The position numbers were made by a program, and so were the translations under genes. The notes below the pieces were generated by a model that did no database searches, was not told the DNA's origin, and worked only from the letters and a program-made list of their open reading frames with translations. Positions 27,794-32,000 of a DNA stretch of 32,000 nucleotides are shown here, piece after piece. This DNA comes from Candidatus Saccharimonadota bacterium (GTDB taxonomy: Bacteria > Patescibacteriota > Gracilibacteria > UBA4473). The stretch is from positions 450,001 to 482,000 of the forward strand of contig JACKFV010000001.1 in NCBI GenBank assembly GCA_020632335.1, given 5' to 3'. Each line of letters opens with the position of its first letter. The first letter of the stretch is position 1.

Positions 27794-30433
27794 ATGGGAC
27801 TCCAACAGTACTTTGACCGCCTCTTTGGGAGCTACAACGACCGAGAACTCCAGAAGCTCCAGAAGCGCCTGCCGGCCATACATGCCGCGGAGGAGCACTA
27901 CAGCGCCCTCACGCTTGACCAGCTGCAGGAGCAGTTTCTGCGATGGAAGGAGACCTGCGTCGCCCGCCCCGAGACGGTAGAAGAGCGGGACTTTACTCAC
28001 CGGGTCTTTGCGGCGATACGCTGTGTGGCGCGCCATCTGGCTGAGCAGCACTACGCCTATGACGTCCGCGGGAAGGAGGAGCAGTGGAATATGATCCCTT
28101 ATGATGTCCAGCTCATCGGCGGTATGGTGCTGCACGAGGGCAAAATAGCCGAGATGCGCACCGGGGAAGGGAAGACGCTGGTCTGTACGCTGCCGGTTAT
28201 CTTGAACGCGCTGACGGGCAAAGGCGTGCATGTAGTGACCGTGAATGACTACTTGGCTGTGCGAGACATGGAGTGGATGCGTCCGCTCTATGAGGCCTGT
28301 GGGCTGACGGTAGGCTGCGTGCTGAGCGACACCACGCCTGAGGACCGGCAAGTGGCCTATAAGTGCGACGTCACCTATGGGACGAACAACCAGTTTGGCT
28401 TTGACTACCTGCGCGACAACATGGCCCAGAGTGTGGACCGCATGGTGCAGCGTGGCCTGCACTATGCCATTGTGGACGAGGTGGACAGTATCCTCATTGA
28501 CGAGTCCCGTACGCCGCTCATCATCAGCTCTCCGGCGGCTGAAGGTACTGAGAAATATAAGCGCTACGCGAGTCTCATTACCTCCCTCCGAGAGAACGAG
28601 GACTATAACATCGACCACAAGCAGAAGGTAGCCGCACTGAGCGAAGCGGGTATTGCCAAGCTGGAGCGGGTTCTTGGCATAGAGAATATCTACACTGAGG
28701 CGGGATTCGACGAGGTGCATCACATCGAGAATGCGCTGAAGGCCAATGTCATCATGGAGCGAGAGAAGGACTACATCGTGCGTGATGGGGAGGTGATCAT
28801 CGTGGATCAGTTCACCGGGCGGCTCAGCCACGGGCGGCGCTTTGGCGATGGGCTGCACCAGGCACTGGAGGCCAAAGAGGGCGTACCCATACAGCGGGAG
28901 AGCAAGACGCTGGCTACCATTACCTTCCAGAATTACTTCCGCCTCTACGAGAAACTGAGCGGTATGACGGGTACCGCCGAGACCGAGGCCGAGGAATTCG
29001 CGAAGATTTACGGGCTGGATACCCTCGTTATCCCCACTAATAAGCCCATCGCTCGGGAGGATCTGCCCGACAAAATCTTCAAGAATGAGCGTGGCAAATT
29101 CACCGCTGTGGCGCGGGAGGTCCAGGCCCTGCACGAGAAAGGCCAGCCGGTGCTGGTGGGCACGGTGAGCATCGAGAAATCGGAGTATCTGAGCGCTCTG
29201 CTGCAGCAGATGCGCATCCCCCACACGGTGCTGAATGCTAAGCAGCACGAACGCGAGAGCGAGATAGTGGCCGAGGCAGGCAAGCGGGGCGCGGTGACCA
29301 TCGCTACGAATATGGCCGGTCGTGGGACGGATATTAAGATCCGTGAGGAGGTGCGTGCGCTGGGGGGGCTAGCGGTACTGGGCACTGAGCGCCACGAGAG
29401 CCGCCGTATAGATAACCAGCTGCGTGGCCGGAGTGGCCGGCAGGGTGACCCGGGGTTCAGCCAGTTCTATGTGAGTATGACTGACGAGCTCATGCGGCGC
29501 TTTGGGGGTGACCGTATGGCGGCGATGATGGAGCGATTCCAGATGCCCGAGGACGAGGCCATGGAGCACCGCATGCTCAGCCGCAGCATAGAGAGCGCGC
29601 AAAAGCGCATTGAGGGCCACCACTTCGACGCGCGCAAGCACCTGGTGCAGTACGATGACGTGATGAATATCCACCGGGAGAAGGTCTATGCCGAGCGGCG
29701 CAAGATGCTCAGTAGTGAGAGCGTGCTGGAGGAAATCACGCAGATGCTCACCCGCTACAGCGAGGACCTTACCCGGGCGCATGCCCCCACCGCAGAGCGA
29801 GCCGACACCTGGGACACGCAGGAGCTGGCGCAGACGCTCCATACCCTTTACCCGCTGCAGCGCTCCCTCAGTGACCTGGAGCAGCTGGTCTACGCGGACG
29901 ATGTGCAGGAGTTCGTCACCCAGTACCTGCACGATAGCTGGGCCGAGAAGCAGGCCGAGTACCCCCCCGCGGAGGTGGACAAGGTGGCCAAGTGGCTCAT
30001 TCTCCGGAGTACAGATGAGCTCTGGCTGGAGCACATCAACAGCATGGCGGGCCTGCGAGACCGGGTGGCGCTGAGCGGCTATGCGCAGAAGGACCCCGTG
30101 ATGGAGTACAAGCGCGAGGCCTATGAGACCTTTGTGCAGCTGCTGCAGAATGTCCGCGCGACGAGTGTGCGTAATCTCCTGCGGGTGCAGTTCCAGCAGG
30201 TGACCCCTGCGCCGATGGCCCCTGCGCAGCCCCTGGAGACGAATGAGGCGGCTATAGAGCACGCGCTGGAGGACACCGCTGAGTACAGCCTCGGGGAGGA
30301 GACGCTGGCACCGCAGCCGGTAGTACGGGAGGTGCCCGCGGGCATGCTAGCCCTCTGGAAGAAAACTATCAGCCGTAATGACCCCTGCCCCTGTGGCAGT
30401 GGCCTGAAGTTTAAGAAGTGCCACGGAGCCTAG
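27794..30433 (+). CDS. secA: Preprotein translocase ATPase SecA
   Basis: Canonical SecA from MGLQQYFDRLFGSYNDRELQK. It has Walker A MRTGEGKTLV, DEAD-like IVDEVDSILIDE, TNMAGRGTDI and the C-terminal zinc motif CPCGSGLKFKKCHG. The ORF listed from 27515 has a 93-aa non-homologous extension. Confidence 0.95.
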   Translation: MGLQQYFDRLFGSYNDRELQKLQKRLPAIHAAEEHYSALTLDQLQEQFLRWKETCVARPETVEERDFTHRVFAAIRCVARHLAEQHYAYDVRGKEEQWNMIPYDVQLIGGMVLHEGKIAEMRTGEGKTLVCTLPVILNALTGKGVHVVTVNDYLAVRDMEWMRPLYEACGLTVGCVLSDTTPEDRQVAYKCDVTYGTNNQFGFDYLRDNMAQSVDRMVQRGLHYAIVDEVDSILIDESRTPLIISSPAAEGTEKYKRYASLITSLRENEDYNIDHKQKVAALSEAGIAKLERVLGIENIYTEAGFDEVHHIENALKANVIMEREKDYIVRDGEVIIVDQFTGRLSHGRRFGDGLHQALEAKEGVPIQRESKTLATITFQNYFRLYEKLSGMTGTAETEAEEFAKIYGLDTLVIPTNKPIAREDLPDKIFKNERGKFTAVAREVQALHEKGQPVLVGTVSIEKSEYLSALLQQMRIPHTVLNAKQHERESEIVAEAGKRGAVTIATNMAGRGTDIKIREEVRALGGLAVLGTERHESRRIDNQLRGRSGRQGDPGFSQFYVSMTDELMRRFGGDRMAAMMERFQMPEDEAMEHRMLSRSIESAQKRIEGHHFDARKHLVQYDDVMNIHREKVYAERRKMLSSESVLEEITQMLTRYSEDLTRAHAPTAERADTWDTQELAQTLHTLYPLQRSLSDLEQLVYADDVQEFVTQYLHDSWAEKQAEYPPAEVDKVAKWLILRSTDELWLEHINSMAGLRDRVALSGYAQKDPVMEYKREAYETFVQLLQNVRATSVRNLLRVQFQQVTPAPMAPAQPLETNEAAIEHALEDTAEYSLGEETLAPQPVVREVPAGMLALWKKTISRNDPCPCGSGLKFKKCHGA

Positions 30434-30439
30434 TGCTGG

Positions 30440-30817
30440 CTAGTCAGTGAACCAGTGCACCACCATATTCACCAGCGCCAGTAGCACCCCCACCACCAGG
30501 TAGAGCCACCAGGCCTGTACCTCCAGTGCAGCCCCGAGTGAGAAGTAGCTCATGCCCACCGCCTGCACCCATAGCATCACCCCATGCACCAGGAAGGATG
30601 TGAGCCCCAGGAGGAAGAGACTGAGCGCGCCAAAGACCACCCGCAGCAGCGGATAGAGGGTGTAGTGCAGGATGATGAAGATCCCTGCGGTGATGAGATA
30701 GCCCTGCAGTGTGGCCGGCACCACAGCGAAGAGCTCGGGGAAGAGTACTGTACTGCAGGCCCACAGCACGCCCGCGTTGGCCACTAGCAGGAGTAGGATG
30801 CTCCAGAGAAAGCGCAT
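30440..30817 (-). CDS. Four-helix membrane protein resembling the phage holin family 4 / DUF360-type proteins
   Basis: 125-aa ORF with four hydrophobic helices. The pattern [12 protein letters not shown]...[23 protein letters not shown]...[14 protein letters not shown] resembles the Phage_holin_4_2 family layout. Recognised by eye only. Confidence 0.45.
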   Translation of the reverse strand: MRFLWSILLLLVANAGVLWACSTVLFPELFAVVPATLQGYLITAGIFIILHYTLYPLLRVVFGALSLFLLGLTSFLVHGVMLWVQAVGMSYFSLGAALEVQAWWLYLVVGVLLALVNMVVHWFTD

Positions 30818-30868
30818 GAATCTACTCTAGGGTTCGGCCACGGCGAGGCAAGGAAAGCAGGGCAAAAC

Positions 30869-30897
30869 TTTACACCAGCCGCTCCTCTGCGTATAGT
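30869..30897 (+). promoter_or_regulatory. Candidate rpoD promoter TTTACA-N17-TATAGT
   Basis: TTTACA at 30869-30874, a 17-nt spacer, and TATAGT at 30892-30897. The -10 element ends 25 nt before ATG 30923. Confidence 0.5.
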
Positions 30898-30922
30898 AGG
30901 CCTGTTTTTACCACCACTCCGC

Positions 30923-32000
30923 ATGGCTGATATCCGCCAGAAGTCCCTCACGCTCCAGCGCCGCATAGAGGAATTCCCGGCAGAGGTGCAGGAACTCATC
31001 GCTAAGGGACGGGGCCAAAAGTTCATCACCGAGCAAGAACTCATGGAGGTGATCCCCAATACGGAGGACAATGTGGATATGATCGACATGCTCTACGAGC
31101 TGCTGTTTGACCTCAGCGTGGAGGTGATAGACGTGCGGGAGGAGAAGATCTGGAAGGAGAAACTCCAGCCTAAAGAAGCGGCTCCGGCCGAGAAAGCGGA
31201 TAAATTTGCGGCTATAGACGAGCCCAGTGAGGAGGACCTGGCCGCTGAGGAAGAGGAGGAAGAACGCCACCAGGGCAAGCACCAGCAGCGCGCGTTTGTG
31301 GACCTCTCTGACATCTCCAACGACTCCATCCGCATGTACCTGAATGAGATCGGGCGGATACCACTACTGACGGCCGAGCAAGAGGTAGAGCTGGCCCAGC
31401 GGATAGAAATGGGCGACCTGAGCGCTAAGCAGGCGCTGACGGAGGCGAATCTGCGGCTGGTGGTGAGTCTGGCCAAGCGCTATATCAACCGCGGGCTGCC
31501 CTTTCTTGATCTCATGCAGGAGGGGAACTTTGGCCTGCTGCGCGCGGTGGAGAAGTTTGATTTTCGCCGCGGATTCAAATTCTCTACCTACGCCACATGG
31601 TGGATCCGCCAGGCTATCACGCGGGCGATAGCCGACCAGTCCCGCACCATACGCATTCCTGTGCATATGGTGGAGACCATCAATAAGCTGCGCTACATCC
31701 AGCGGCGGCTACAGCAGGAGCTGGGGCGCAATGCCACCCCGGCTGAGATAGCCGCTGAGATGAAACTGGACGTGAAAAAGGTGCAGTATATCCTCAAGAT
31801 CAGCCAGGACATCCAGAGCCTCGACGCGCCACTGGGCAGCGAGGAGGACAGCAAAATGTCAGATTTTATCGAGGATGAGGGTACGGTGAGCCCCTTTGAG
31901 AGTGCGCACCGGAATATGATCAAGACCAATATAGACGAGCTGCTGCAGTACCTCAGCGCTCGTGAGCAGAAGATCATCAAGATGCGCTTTGGCCTGGAGG
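30923..32000 (+). CDS. rpoD: RNA polymerase primary sigma factor RpoD (5' partial, continues beyond window end)
   Basis: Absent from the ORF track because the frame has no stop before the window end. Hand translation from ATG 30923 gives MADIRQKSL..., an acidic spacer, then [96 protein letters not shown] (regions 1.2-2.4) and region 3. Confidence 0.9.
   Translation, partial: MADIRQKSLTLQRRIEEFPAEVQELIAKGRGQKFITEQELMEVIPNTEDNVDMIDMLYELLFDLSVEVIDVREEKIWKEKLQPKEAAPAEKADKFAAIDEPSEEDLAAEEEEEERHQGKHQQRAFVDLSDISNDSIRMYLNEIGRIPLLTAEQEVELAQRIEMGDLSAKQALTEANLRLVVSLAKRYINRGLPFLDLMQEGNFGLLRAVEKFDFRRGFKFSTYATWWIRQAITRAIADQSRTIRIPVHMVETINKLRYIQRRLQQELGRNATPAEIAAEMKLDVKKVQYILKISQDIQSLDAPLGSEEDSKMSDFIEDEGTVSPFESAHRNMIKTNIDELLQYLSAREQKIIKMRFGLE

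Overview
High-GC bacterial chromosomal window, read by eye only with no database searches. All homology calls rest on motifs I recognise, and rRNA helix assignments are by-eye alignment to E. coli from memory.

Backbone genes:
- a lipoprotein
- a polytopic-membrane/HEAT-repeat fusion
- trmB
- a TPR protein
- a Fur-family regulator
- tsaE, recR, dnaK
- a 23S-5S rRNA unit with no 16S, its own promoter and a long leader/trailer processing stem
- a V/A-type ATPase block in the order G-I-K-E-C-F, with no A/B/D genes
- three unknown membrane or exported proteins
- an orphan terminase-small-subunit-like gene
- secA
- a holin-family-like membrane protein
- the 5' part of rpoD, which is open at the window end and therefore missing from the ORF track

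An accessory segment (about 5.06-12.2 kb) abuts a tRNA-Met(CAU) gene and is partly much more AT-rich than the backbone. It holds the most interesting material.
1. A low-GC cassette made of three parts: an unlisted 51-aa Thr/Asp/Glu/Lys-rich ORF, a 512-aa ATP-grasp-like ligase directly downstream of it, and a convergent AstE/AspA-type zinc deacylase. I read this as a candidate peptide-modification or defence-associated system.
2. A type IIG restriction-methyltransferase gene broken by a frameshift. The break sits at the edge of an AT-rich mosaic patch inside the gene.

Other notable points:
- a structured insertion of roughly 190 nt in the helix-79 region of the 23S, plus a smaller helix-63 expansion
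- a complete Na+-binding residue signature in the V-ATPase K subunit
- a CIRCE-like operator overlapping the dnaK promoter
- consistent TTGACA-N16/17-TAnnnT promoters with short, Shine-Dalgarno-poor leaders

No CRISPR array or recognisable transposase/integrase was seen.
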